DNA of 64,000 nt. It comes from Gemmiger formicilis. GTDB taxonomy: Bacteria; Bacillota_I; Bacilli_A; RFN20; CAG-826. The position numbers and the translations under genes were made by a program. The stretch spans positions 1,616-65,615 of the forward strand of contig CAVFXI010000037.1 in the NCBI GenBank assembly GCA_963626345.1, read 5' to 3'. Shown piece by piece: positions 17,028-25,959 of the stretch. The number at the start of each line of letters is the position of its first letter. Position 1 is the first letter of the stretch. The notes beneath the pieces were generated by a model. The model did no database searches and was not told the origin of the DNA. It worked only from the letters and a program-made list of their open reading frames with translations.

Positions 17028-18645
17028 CTGTTTCTTTATCAAAGAAGTGTATTTTATTTAGATTGAAGCAAACTTTAATTTTGTCGCCAGCATTAATTGG
17101 CTTGGATGTTTCAAGTTTAATAATAAGGTCTTTTCCTGCAAAATCAGTATGAATATAATATTCACTTCCAAGTAATTCAGCTATTTTAACTTCAAGTTCA
17201 ACGATTGACTCTGGGAATTGTTTTGCATGTTCTCCTTCACCTGGGTGAATATCTTCTGGACGAATACCAAATATCACAGTTTCAGGTATGTTTTTGCCTT
17301 TTGTAATTTCTTTAGGAATTTTAATTGTAGTGCCCCCTTCAAATCTAACTTCATTATTTTTGTATTCGACATTGAAGAAATTCATTGCTGGTGATCCTAT
17401 AAATCCTGCTACGAATAAATTTGCTGGATGTTGATATATCTCTTTTGGGGCCCCTATTTGTTGGATATGCCCAGCTTTCATAATGACAATTCTACTTGCC
17501 ATAGTCATAGCTTCGGTTTGATCATGAGTAACATAAATTGTAGTTGCACTTAATTGGTTATGAAGTCTAACAATTTCACTTCTCATTTGGACACGAAGTT
17601 TTGCATCAAGATTTGATAATGGTTCGTCCATTAAGAATACTTTTGCATTTCGAACAATAGCACGACCTAAAGCAACTCTTTGACGTTGGCCGCCTGATAA
17701 TGCTTTTGGTTTTCTATCAAGGTATTGTTCGATTTGGAGAATTCTTGCGGCTTCATGCACTCTACGATTAATTTCACTTTTTGGAATATGCTTATAAACA
17801 GTAACAGGAACCTTAGTTTCTTGGGCATATTTAAGTTGAGCTCTAATTTTGTCTAATTCTTCAGCATCTTTGCCTTCGTTTTCTGATTTGAGTAAGAGTT
17901 TTTCAAGTTCAGCAATCTTTTTCTTATCATAATCATAAACGTATTCAGCTGATTTTCTTGCTGCTGATAATTTTTCGCTTAAAGTTTCGATTTTTGAATG
18001 ATAACCATTTAATTCCTCTCTAGTTGATTCATAGTCTACGAGTTTTGGTTCAAGTTTATCAATTTTCTTTTTAAATTTTGCAGCCTTTTTAGGATCTTTA
18101 ATGGTTTCATAATCTCTAAGAGCATTATCACGTTCAGTTTTAATTCTAGTTAAGTCATCAAATTTGTTGTTTACCTTACTAAAACCTTTATAAAGTTCGT
18201 TAAGTTCATTTTCGATTACGCCAATTTTTTCAGCACTTTCTGGTGTTAAAACTTTTTGATGCACTTTATTTATTTTTAATGAAAAAGCCATGTTGTCAAA
18301 TACTGACATATGTGGATAGAGTGCATAACTTTGGAAGACCATTGCGATATTTCTATCTTTTGGCGATACATCATTAACATATTCGCCATCAATAAATAAG
18401 TTTCCAGCAGTAATGTTCTCTAAACCTGCAACCATTCTTAAAGTGGTGGATTTGCCACAACCAGATGGTCCAACAAAAACGATAAATTCATGTTTTTTGA
18501 TATCTAAATTGAAATCAAAAACCGCTTGAACTCCATTATCATATACTTTGTCAATATGTTGTAATGAAACATATGCATCTTTAGGGCAAGTTAATATTCT
18601 TACACCTTCTTTAGCTTCAACATTGTTAATTTTCTTTTCTTCCAT
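17011..18645 (-). CDS. Sugar ABC-importer ATPase (MsmK/MalK/UgpC type) carrying a ~160-aa coiled-coil insertion
   Basis: Walker A GPSGCGKST, signature LSGGQRQRVALGRA, Walker B FLMDEPLSNLD, and a C-terminal TOBE-like region. A Lys/Glu-rich block of aa ~128-287 interrupts the helical subdomain, where canonical MalK has only ~10 aa. Confidence 0.85.
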   Translation of the reverse strand: MEEKKINNVEAKEGVRILTCPKDAYVSLQHIDKVYDNGVQAVFDFNLDIKKHEFIVFVGPSGCGKSTTLRMVAGLENITAGNLFIDGEYVNDVSPKDRNIAMVFQSYALYPHMSVFDNMAFSLKINKVHQKVLTPESAEKIGVIENELNELYKGFSKVNNKFDDLTRIKTERDNALRDYETIKDPKKAAKFKKKIDKLEPKLVDYESTREELNGYHSKIETLSEKLSAARKSAEYVYDYDKKKIAELEKLLLKSENEGKDAEELDKIRAQLKYAQETKVPVTVYKHIPKSEINRRVHEAARILQIEQYLDRKPKALSGGQRQRVALGRAIVRNAKVFLMDEPLSNLDAKLRVQMRSEIVRLHNQLSATTIYVTHDQTEAMTMASRIVIMKAGHIQQIGAPKEIYQHPANLFVAGFIGSPAMNFFNVEYKNNEVRFEGGTTIKIPKEITKGKNIPETVIFGIRPEDIHPGEGEHAKQFPESIVELEVKIAELLGSEYYIHTDFAGKDLIIKLETSKPINAGDKIKVCFNLNKIHFFDKETEKAIL

Positions 18646-18658
18646 ATTAGGTTACCTC

Positions 18659-21082
18659 CTAGATAGACAACACAACTTCATAGACTTTTTTATCTTTATT
18701 GAATGGAATGATATTTCCTTCAATTAGATGACCATCAACATATAATCCTTTTTCTTTTGAACCATCATTTAAAATAAGAATGTTATATTTTGCTTCTCTA
18801 AAGATTCTAGTAACTTGAACTTGTTTGAATTCTTTAGAAAGACATGGTTCAATTTTTAATCCGTCGATTTCTGGTTTTATGCCAAGCAAACCTTGAGAGA
18901 GAACCACAAATGACCAACTGGCTGTTCCTGTTAACCAAGAATTTTTTGCTGATCCATAATGTGGGCTATCTCTACCAGCAATCGTTTGAGAATAAACATA
19001 AGGTTCGGTCTGATGAATTTCACTTATGCTTTCAATATATGCTGGTGAATTTTTCTTATATAAAGCGAATGCTTTTTCTGGTTCATTTTCAACGCAATAA
19101 GCCAATGTTATCCATGGATTATTGTGGCAGAAGACACTACCATTTTCTTTATGTCCTGGTGGATAACTTGAAATTTCACCTAGTTCTAAATGATATTTTT
19201 TATAAGTTGGATATAAAACTTCAATTCCATAATCATTTTCAAGATATTTTTCTACGCTCTTTAAAGCAAGTTTTCCATAACCTAATTCATGACCTACCAT
19301 AGCATATGTACAGAAACCATTTGATTCTATAAATATCTTGCCATCTTCGCATTCTTTACTTCCTATTTTTTGTGAGAAAGCATCGTAAGCACGAATGAAC
19401 CATTCGCCATCCCATCCATCTTTTAAGATAGCATCATTGATAATTCCAAGATATTTTTCCGTCTTTTTAACATCGCTTTCTTTTCCATAGTGTTTTGCAA
19501 TTTCGATAAATTCTTTTGCATATTTTATAAACATTCCGGCAATGAAAACGGATTCTGCTTTATGTGATTCTTTATTGCTTGTTGTTTGGAATGATTCTCC
19601 TGGAACTGAACTAAAGCAATTCAAATTTAGACAATCGTTCCAGTCGGCCCTTCCAATCAAAGGAAGATTATGTGGACCTAGATTGTTTTCGGTAAATTCA
19701 ATGCTTCTTACAAGATGTTCGTAAAGTGGTTTTTCGCTTCCTTCAACATTATTAAATGGAGTTGGAACATCTAAAATTGAAAAATCACCTGTTTCTTTAA
19801 TGTATGCGCTAGTTGCTGCAATAAGCCATAATGGATCATCATTGAAACCACAACCAACATCAGCATTTCCCCTTTTTGTTAATGGTTGATATTGGTGATA
19901 TGTTGATCCATCTTCAAATTGAATTGAAGCAATATCAATAATTCTCTGTTTAGCTTTTTCTGGAATCAAATGAACAAAACCCAATAAATCTTGACAGGAA
20001 TCTCTAAAGCCCATTCCTCTACCAGTTCCGCTTTCAAAATATGAGGCGCTTCTTGACATACAATAAGTCATCATACATTGATATTGGTTCCAAATATTTG
20101 CCATTCTATTGAATTTATCATCTTCAGATTTGACAGAAAAAATACTTAATAAATTTTCCCAATATTTCGCTAAATCATTAAACGCTTTATCAACTTTTTC
20201 TTCAGAATTATATTTATTCATTAATTCATATGCTTTTTCTTTATTAATAACATTTGGAGCAATGAATTTTTCTTCATCTTTGTTTTCAACATAACCCAGA
20301 ATAAAAATTATAGTTTTAGTTTCGTTTGGCTGAAGTTTAATTGAAAAATGATGGCATCCAATTGGTTCATTTCCATAACAGATTTCGTTTTTTGTTTTAT
20401 TATCTTCTATAACTTCTGGACTATCCCATCCATTAAGTGAACCTAAAAATGATTCTCTTTCAGTATCAAATCCATTGTGTTTTTGGTTTGCATAAAAGAA
20501 ACAATAGTGGTTTCTTCTTTCTCTATATTCGGTTTTATGATAAATAGTATTTTCATCTACCTCAACTTCAGCGATGTTTAAATTGCGTTGGAAGTTTGTT
20601 GAATCATCGATTGTGTTATATAAACAAAATTCAACTACTCCATAGAGGTCGATATTTCTTGTTTTATTGGAAACGTTTGTCAATTTAAGTTCATTAATTT
20701 CACAATTTGAACCTAATGGAACGAAACAAAGGAGATTACAGGAAATATCGTTCTTGGAGCTTAAGAATCTAGAGTAGTTAAGACCATGATGACATTCATA
20801 TGAGTCAAGCATGGTTTTTGTAGGAAGGAAACCAGGATTCCATACACACTCTTCATCTTTAATATAATAAAAACGTGCACCAGTATCGCGAGGAACGTTA
20901 TTATATCTAAATCTAGTTAACCTACGAAGTTTTGCATCCTTATAAAAAGAGTATCCTCCGCAAGTATTACTAATTAAACTGAAAAATTCTTCATTACCTA
21001 AATAATTGATCCATGGCAATGGTGTATTTGGGGTATTAATAACATATTCTTTTGCTTTATCATCAAAATATCCATATTTCAT
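18659..21082 (-). CDS. GH94 glycoside phosphorylase (cellobiose/chitobiose phosphorylase type, 807 aa)
   Basis: The N-terminus MKYGYFDDKAKEYVINTPNTPLPWINYLGNEEFFSLISNTCGGYSFYKDAKLRRLTRFRYNNVP and the catalytic-region RADWNDCLNL are hallmark GH94 blocks. Confidence 0.88.
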   Translation of the reverse strand: MKYGYFDDKAKEYVINTPNTPLPWINYLGNEEFFSLISNTCGGYSFYKDAKLRRLTRFRYNNVPRDTGARFYYIKDEECVWNPGFLPTKTMLDSYECHHGLNYSRFLSSKNDISCNLLCFVPLGSNCEINELKLTNVSNKTRNIDLYGVVEFCLYNTIDDSTNFQRNLNIAEVEVDENTIYHKTEYRERRNHYCFFYANQKHNGFDTERESFLGSLNGWDSPEVIEDNKTKNEICYGNEPIGCHHFSIKLQPNETKTIIFILGYVENKDEEKFIAPNVINKEKAYELMNKYNSEEKVDKAFNDLAKYWENLLSIFSVKSEDDKFNRMANIWNQYQCMMTYCMSRSASYFESGTGRGMGFRDSCQDLLGFVHLIPEKAKQRIIDIASIQFEDGSTYHQYQPLTKRGNADVGCGFNDDPLWLIAATSAYIKETGDFSILDVPTPFNNVEGSEKPLYEHLVRSIEFTENNLGPHNLPLIGRADWNDCLNLNCFSSVPGESFQTTSNKESHKAESVFIAGMFIKYAKEFIEIAKHYGKESDVKKTEKYLGIINDAILKDGWDGEWFIRAYDAFSQKIGSKECEDGKIFIESNGFCTYAMVGHELGYGKLALKSVEKYLENDYGIEVLYPTYKKYHLELGEISSYPPGHKENGSVFCHNNPWITLAYCVENEPEKAFALYKKNSPAYIESISEIHQTEPYVYSQTIAGRDSPHYGSAKNSWLTGTASWSFVVLSQGLLGIKPEIDGLKIEPCLSKEFKQVQVTRIFREAKYNILILNDGSKEKGLYVDGHLIEGNIIPFNKDKKVYEVVLSI

Positions 21083-21108
21083 AAAATTTTCAGCCCTTCT
21101 TCGAAATA

Positions 21109-21120
21109 GTAAGCGCTTAC
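21109..21120. promoter_or_regulatory. Perfect 12-bp palindrome GTAAGCGCTTAC (LacI/CcpA-type operator candidate)
   Basis: Located 27 nt upstream of the GH94 start codon. A near-copy GAAAGCGCTTAC lies in front of the LacI-family gene. Confidence 0.55.
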
Positions 21121-21298
21121 ATTACTTAAATATAATTACTTAAACGATTTCGTTAATATGCTTTTATTTTATTCATATATAGACTAAATTCAACAAAAAT
21201 AAAACGAAATAATTTCGAAAAATATTCGATAGAATCGACATATATTATATTAATATAATATATAAGGATTTTCGTAAAAAATTTAAATTTTTAATTTG

Positions 21299-21328
21299 TT
21301 GACATTCGAAAGAAGTAATATTTATAAT
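21299..21328 (+). promoter_or_regulatory. Near-consensus sigma-70 promoter of the LacI-family regulator gene
   Basis: TTGACA (21299-21304), an 18-nt spacer, then TATAAT (21323-21328). Confidence 0.65.
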
Positions 21329-21332
21329 AATA

Positions 21333-21358
21333 TCGAAATCGATTTCGAAAGCGCTTAC
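21333..21358. promoter_or_regulatory. Operator-like palindromes overlapping the regulator's leader
   Basis: A 16-bp perfect palindrome TCGAAATCGATTTCGA (21333-21348) abuts GAAAGCGCTTAC (21347-21358), immediately before the ATG at 21362. Confidence 0.5.
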
Positions 21359-21361
21359 ATT

Positions 21362-22372
21362 ATGATTAGAGTAAAAGATATCGCAAAAAAATGTGGAGTA
21401 TCAACAGCCACAGTTTCTAAAGCATTACACAATAGTAAGGAATTGAATCCTGATACTATTTCTTTAGTTTGTAAGACCGCTAAAGAAATGGGATACATTC
21501 CAAACGCTACTGCAAGATCTCTAAAATTAAGAAAAACTTATAGTATTGGTGTCTTGTTTGTTGATAAAACTGGAACCGGGTTAGAGCACGAATACTTTTC
21601 TTCTATTTTAGAAGCTATAAAGGCAGAGGCGGAAGCATTAGGATATGATATTACTTTTATTTCAGATAACTTAGGCAACGCAAGAACTTCATATTTAGAG
21701 CACGCGCGTTATAGAAGTATTGATGGTGTAGTTATAGCTTCAGCTGATTATGATAGCGATAAGGTTATTGAATTAGTTAATAGTGAGATTCCTACGGTAA
21801 CTATCGATTACATCTACAATAAATCAAGCGCGGTTATGTCAGATAACGTCGAAGGATTAGAAAGTATTGTTAAATATGCAGCAAGTAAAGGTCATAAAAA
21901 AATTGCATTTATACATGGCGAAATTACTGATGTTACAAATAAACGTATTGCAGGTTTCCATAAAGCAATGAGCGAATTAAATTTGGTAGTCGATAAAGAA
22001 TATATTAGAGAAGGAATTTACCATGATCCTAAATCTAGTGGTAGAGAAACCAAAAAATTATTAAGTCTTGATGAAAGACCAACATGCATCATTTATCCTG
22101 ATGATATTTCATTAATTGGTGGAATGACCGCAATTCAACAAGCTGGTCTTAAGGTTCCAGAAGATATAAGCGTAGTTGGATATGATGGAACTAATATTTC
22201 AAGGATATTAAGACCAATTCTTACTTCATACATTCAAAATAGTGTGGAACTTGGTAAATGTGCAGTTAAAAATTTAATCGAAAGAATTGAAAACCCTAAA
22301 GTTTTTGTCCCTACAATAATTCATATTAAAGGAACATTACAAGAGGGGCAAACAGTCGTTGATGTTAAATAA
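21362..22372 (+). CDS. LacI-family transcriptional regulator
   Basis: MIRVKDIAKKCGVSTATVSKALHNS (HTH_LacI) followed by a periplasmic-binding-fold domain. The ATG at 21362 is preferred over the upstream TTG at 21296, which lies inside the promoter. Confidence 0.88.
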   Translation: MIRVKDIAKKCGVSTATVSKALHNSKELNPDTISLVCKTAKEMGYIPNATARSLKLRKTYSIGVLFVDKTGTGLEHEYFSSILEAIKAEAEALGYDITFISDNLGNARTSYLEHARYRSIDGVVIASADYDSDKVIELVNSEIPTVTIDYIYNKSSAVMSDNVEGLESIVKYAASKGHKKIAFIHGEITDVTNKRIAGFHKAMSELNLVVDKEYIREGIYHDPKSSGRETKKLLSLDERPTCIIYPDDISLIGGMTAIQQAGLKVPEDISVVGYDGTNISRILRPILTSYIQNSVELGKCAVKNLIERIENPKVFVPTIIHIKGTLQEGQTVVDVK

Positions 22373-22432
22373 AGGTTATAAATGCGTCGAGCATTATAAT
22401 AGATAACTTGATTTTCGGAGGTAAACAAAAAT

Positions 22433-23851
22433 ATGAAAAAATCAGTTAAATTATTAATGAGTTTAGCAGCTATATCACTTCTTGGTGGAGCAGTCACAGG
22501 TTGTGGAGGATCTACAAATTGTCCAGAATGCCCAGAATGCCCAGACACTCCAGTTACACCAGATGAAGATAAGAGCGGAGCTATTCTCAACATTAGATGC
22601 TGGAACAATGAATTCCAAAACAGATTCAGATCATACTATCCAGATTATGTAAAAACAGAAGGTGACTATGATATTTTAAGAGATGGAACTAAAGTTAAAT
22701 GGATTATCGTCGCTAATGATGGTGGTGCTTATCAAACAGCTTTAGATGAAGCTTTAAAGAATCAAGATTCAGTTAAAGATGATGAAAAGGTTGATATTTT
22801 CCTTTCAGAAGCTGACTATATTACAAAATATAAAGATTCTGAATATACTCTTGATGTCATTAAAGATGTTGGTTTATCAACAAGCGATATTAATGATCAA
22901 TATGCCTATACTCAAGAAGTTGCTACAAGTAGTAGTGGTTCATTAAAGGGCGTTACATGGCAAGCAGCTCCTGGTTTATTTGCTTATCGTAGAGATTTAG
23001 CTAAGAAAGTTTTTGGAACTGATGATCCAGTAAAAGTTCAAGAACAATTATCAAGCTGGGATAAATTTAATGCCGCTGCCGCAAAAGCAAAAGAAAAAGG
23101 CGTTTATATGTTATCAGGTTATGATGATTCATATCGTACCTATAGCAATAACATGGGTCAAAAATGGGTTAGTGATGATGGCGTCTTATCAATTGCTCCA
23201 AAAATGAAACAATGGGTCGATGACACAAAGAACTTTGTTGATAAAGGATATTGTGGAACTTCAACATTATGGAGTGGTCAATGGGCAGCTGATCAAGGTC
23301 CAAATGGTAACCCAGTTTTAGGTTTCTTCTATTCAACTTGGGGTATTAACTTCACACTTTTAGGAAATTCTCTTGCTGATTCAAGTGCTCCTCAACAAGT
23401 TGGTAATGGTTTGTTTGGTCAATATGCAGTTTGTGAAGGACCAGAATCATATTATTGGGGTGGAACATGGATCCACGCAGCAAAAGGTACAGATAATATT
23501 AAGCAAATTAAAGATATTATGCTTAATCTTACTTGCTCAAGAACAGTTATGAGCTCAATTACAAAGATTGAACAAGATTATACAAATACTGTTTCTGGTA
23601 TGGATACAATCGCTAACGATAAATCATTCGGTAGTGCTTTCTTAGGCGGACAAAACCATATCGCATTATTTGCTAAATCAGCAGCTAAGATTGATTGCTC
23701 AAATATGAGTGGTTATGACCAAGCTTGTAACGAAGGTTTCCAAAATGCAATGCACGATTACTTTGCTGGAACAGTTTCTTACGAAAAAGCACTCGCTAAC
23801 TTCAAATCAACAATTAGCGAAAAACACCCAGAAGTTACATTTAATTTCTAG
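22433..23851 (+). CDS. Carbohydrate ABC-transporter substrate-binding lipoprotein
   Basis: A signal peptide with lipobox VTG-C, then a CPECPECP/Pro-Asp-Thr linker, then a ~420-aa SBP_bac_1-like body. It is followed by two permease genes. Confidence 0.8.
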   Translation: MKKSVKLLMSLAAISLLGGAVTGCGGSTNCPECPECPDTPVTPDEDKSGAILNIRCWNNEFQNRFRSYYPDYVKTEGDYDILRDGTKVKWIIVANDGGAYQTALDEALKNQDSVKDDEKVDIFLSEADYITKYKDSEYTLDVIKDVGLSTSDINDQYAYTQEVATSSSGSLKGVTWQAAPGLFAYRRDLAKKVFGTDDPVKVQEQLSSWDKFNAAAAKAKEKGVYMLSGYDDSYRTYSNNMGQKWVSDDGVLSIAPKMKQWVDDTKNFVDKGYCGTSTLWSGQWAADQGPNGNPVLGFFYSTWGINFTLLGNSLADSSAPQQVGNGLFGQYAVCEGPESYYWGGTWIHAAKGTDNIKQIKDIMLNLTCSRTVMSSITKIEQDYTNTVSGMDTIANDKSFGSAFLGGQNHIALFAKSAAKIDCSNMSGYDQACNEGFQNAMHDYFAGTVSYEKALANFKSTISEKHPEVTFNF

Positions 23852-23935
23852 TAAGTTTAAAAAAAATAGTTATTTTTCCTAGGGCAAAAAAAGCCCTAGG
23901 AAAATGTTTTTATAAAAATAATGAAAGGAGATTTT

Positions 23936-25015
23936 ATGGCGAAATCAAAGTCTAGTTTAGTCGGCGAACTTGTTATTATGCCTAATGGCACTACGCGTAG
24001 AATTAACAAAAATGTTTCATATAGTAAATGGGGATACATATTTTTAATTCCTTTTTTCGTTATTTTTATAATTTTCCAATTTGTGCCATTATTTGAAACA
24101 GTTTTTTATTCAATGTTTGAATATTATTTCAAGTTAGGCATACATCAAGTTGGTCCAAATTGGAATAATTTTGGGAATTTTGGGAAATTATTTACTAATC
24201 CAGATTTTTATAAATATTTTGGAAATACATTAGTTTTGTGGATTATAGGCGCAATTCCTCAATTTGTTTTTGCACTTTTATTTGCTGTTTGGTTTACAGA
24301 TCAAAGATTAAAACTTAAATGTTCAGGCTTCTTCAAAGCTGTTGTTTATATGCCAAATTTAATTATGGCTTCAGCTTTTGGTTATTTATTCTATATGTTA
24401 TTTGGTTTAAATGGACCATTTACGATGATAGCGAGAGCTTTAGGTAGCGATATTATTTTTGGTGAAAGTATTTGGGCAACAAGACTTATTATTGCCGGAA
24501 TTAATATCTTAATGTGGACTGGAAATACTTGTATTTTATTAATGTCTGGTATTATGGGGATTGATGAATCCGTTTTTGAATCTGCAAGACTTGATGGTGC
24601 GGGTGGATTTAGAACATTTAAAAATATTACAATGCCTCTTTTGATGCCTATCTTCGTTTATGTATTTATAACATCTATGATAGGTGGTATTCAAATGTTT
24701 GATGCTGCACAAATTTATACGCAAACAACTGGCGGACCAAATATGTCTAGCAAGACCTTAATTATGTATTTAAACAACTTAATTATGACGTCTAAAAATT
24801 ATGGTATGGCTGGTGCTTTAAGTGTTGTTTTGTTTATCATCACAGGTATTTTATCTATCTTTGTCTTTAAAACTTTAACTCCTGTTTATAATGCCGCAAA
24901 AGCTGAAAAGAAGGAAAGAAAGAAGAGACAACTTTGGAATAAGATGAACAATAAGGAATATGGGGAGGTAATCATTTATGAGTCAAGAGATGTTACAAAT
25001 AGAAGCTCGAAATAA
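23936..25015 (+). CDS. Carbohydrate ABC-transporter permease (MalF/UgpA type)
   Basis: Six TM helices and the EAA-like loop ESARLDGAGGFRTFKNITMPLL. AAGGAG lies 6 nt before the ATG at 23936. Confidence 0.85.
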   Translation: MAKSKSSLVGELVIMPNGTTRRINKNVSYSKWGYIFLIPFFVIFIIFQFVPLFETVFYSMFEYYFKLGIHQVGPNWNNFGNFGKLFTNPDFYKYFGNTLVLWIIGAIPQFVFALLFAVWFTDQRLKLKCSGFFKAVVYMPNLIMASAFGYLFYMLFGLNGPFTMIARALGSDIIFGESIWATRLIIAGINILMWTGNTCILLMSGIMGIDESVFESARLDGAGGFRTFKNITMPLLMPIFVYVFITSMIGGIQMFDAAQIYTQTTGGPNMSSKTLIMYLNNLIMTSKNYGMAGALSVVLFIITGILSIFVFKTLTPVYNAAKAEKKERKKRQLWNKMNNKEYGEVIIYESRDVTNRSSK

Positions 25016-25889
25016 ATCACATAAAAGCGAAAAATTCACTTTAAATTTGTATAGATTCTTTGTTTATATTGTTTTAATTATAATGGCAATTACTTGCTTG
25101 TTTCCTTTCTATATAATGCTTGTAAATTGCACAAGAACTAATATTGAAATTCAAAGAGAAGTTTCGTTTTGGTTTGGAACAAATTTTATTAACAATCTTG
25201 TTAATTTATTTAATAATGATCAAGTTCCAATTGCATCAGCAATGAAAAATAGTTTATTTGTTGCTACAATTTCAGCGACACTTACTACTTATTTCAGCGC
25301 CTTAACTGCTTATGCTACACATATTTATAACTTTAAGGGCAAAAAATTTATTACTACATTCATCATGGCAATAATGATGATTCCTACACAAGTTTCGGCA
25401 ATTGGTAGTTTATTAATGTATTATCAAATTCAAGCTGCAATTCCTGGACTAAAATTACTTGATACTTTCTGGCCTTTAACAATTCCTGCAATTTGCGCAC
25501 CTGTAACTTATTTCTATATTAAGCAATATATGGATAGTGTTTTACCAACAGAAGTTATTGAAGCTGCTAGAGTTGATGGAAGTTCGGAAATTGGTATATT
25601 CCATAGAATGGTTTTACCAATGATTAAACCAGCTTTATCTGTTCAATTTATATTTGCTTTCGTTTCAAATTGGAATAATTATTTCTTCCCAGGATTAATT
25701 CTTACAAGTAAAAATAAGTACACACTTCCAATTTTAATTTCTCAATTGAAATCTAGTGATCCTACAACATTTGATTATGGGCAAATCTATTGCTTAATGA
25801 CAATTGTTGTTCTTCCATTAATTATTGTTTACTTTATACTTTCAAAGAATATTATTAAGGGTTTAACTTCGGGGGCAGTTAAAGGTTAA
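24978..25889 (+). CDS. Carbohydrate ABC-transporter permease (MalG/UgpE type)
   Basis: EAA loop EAARVDGSSEIGIFHRMVLPMIKPAL. GGAGG RBS. It overlaps the preceding gene by 38 nt. Confidence 0.85.
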   Translation: MSQEMLQIEARNKSHKSEKFTLNLYRFFVYIVLIIMAITCLFPFYIMLVNCTRTNIEIQREVSFWFGTNFINNLVNLFNNDQVPIASAMKNSLFVATISATLTTYFSALTAYATHIYNFKGKKFITTFIMAIMMIPTQVSAIGSLLMYYQIQAAIPGLKLLDTFWPLTIPAICAPVTYFYIKQYMDSVLPTEVIEAARVDGSSEIGIFHRMVLPMIKPALSVQFIFAFVSNWNNYFFPGLILTSKNKYTLPILISQLKSSDPTTFDYGQIYCLMTIVVLPLIIVYFILSKNIIKGLTSGAVKG

Positions 25890-25959
25890 AAATTAATTAA
25901 TAATCATTCTAATTATCAATTTAGTTAGAATGATTTTTTTATTCGAAAAGGAGTGGTTT

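Noticed and set aside
18844-19302. 152-aa plus-strand ORF in the ORF track.
   Set aside because: It lies entirely antisense to the well-conserved GH94 gene, has a low-complexity composition typical of shadow ORFs, and has no RBS.
22499-22545. Short tandem nucleotide repeat (tgtccagaatgcccagaatgcccagac) considered as a possible CRISPR or VNTR element.
   Set aside because: There are only two 12-bp units inside a coding region, and they encode the CPECPECP tether. There is no spacer-repeat architecture.
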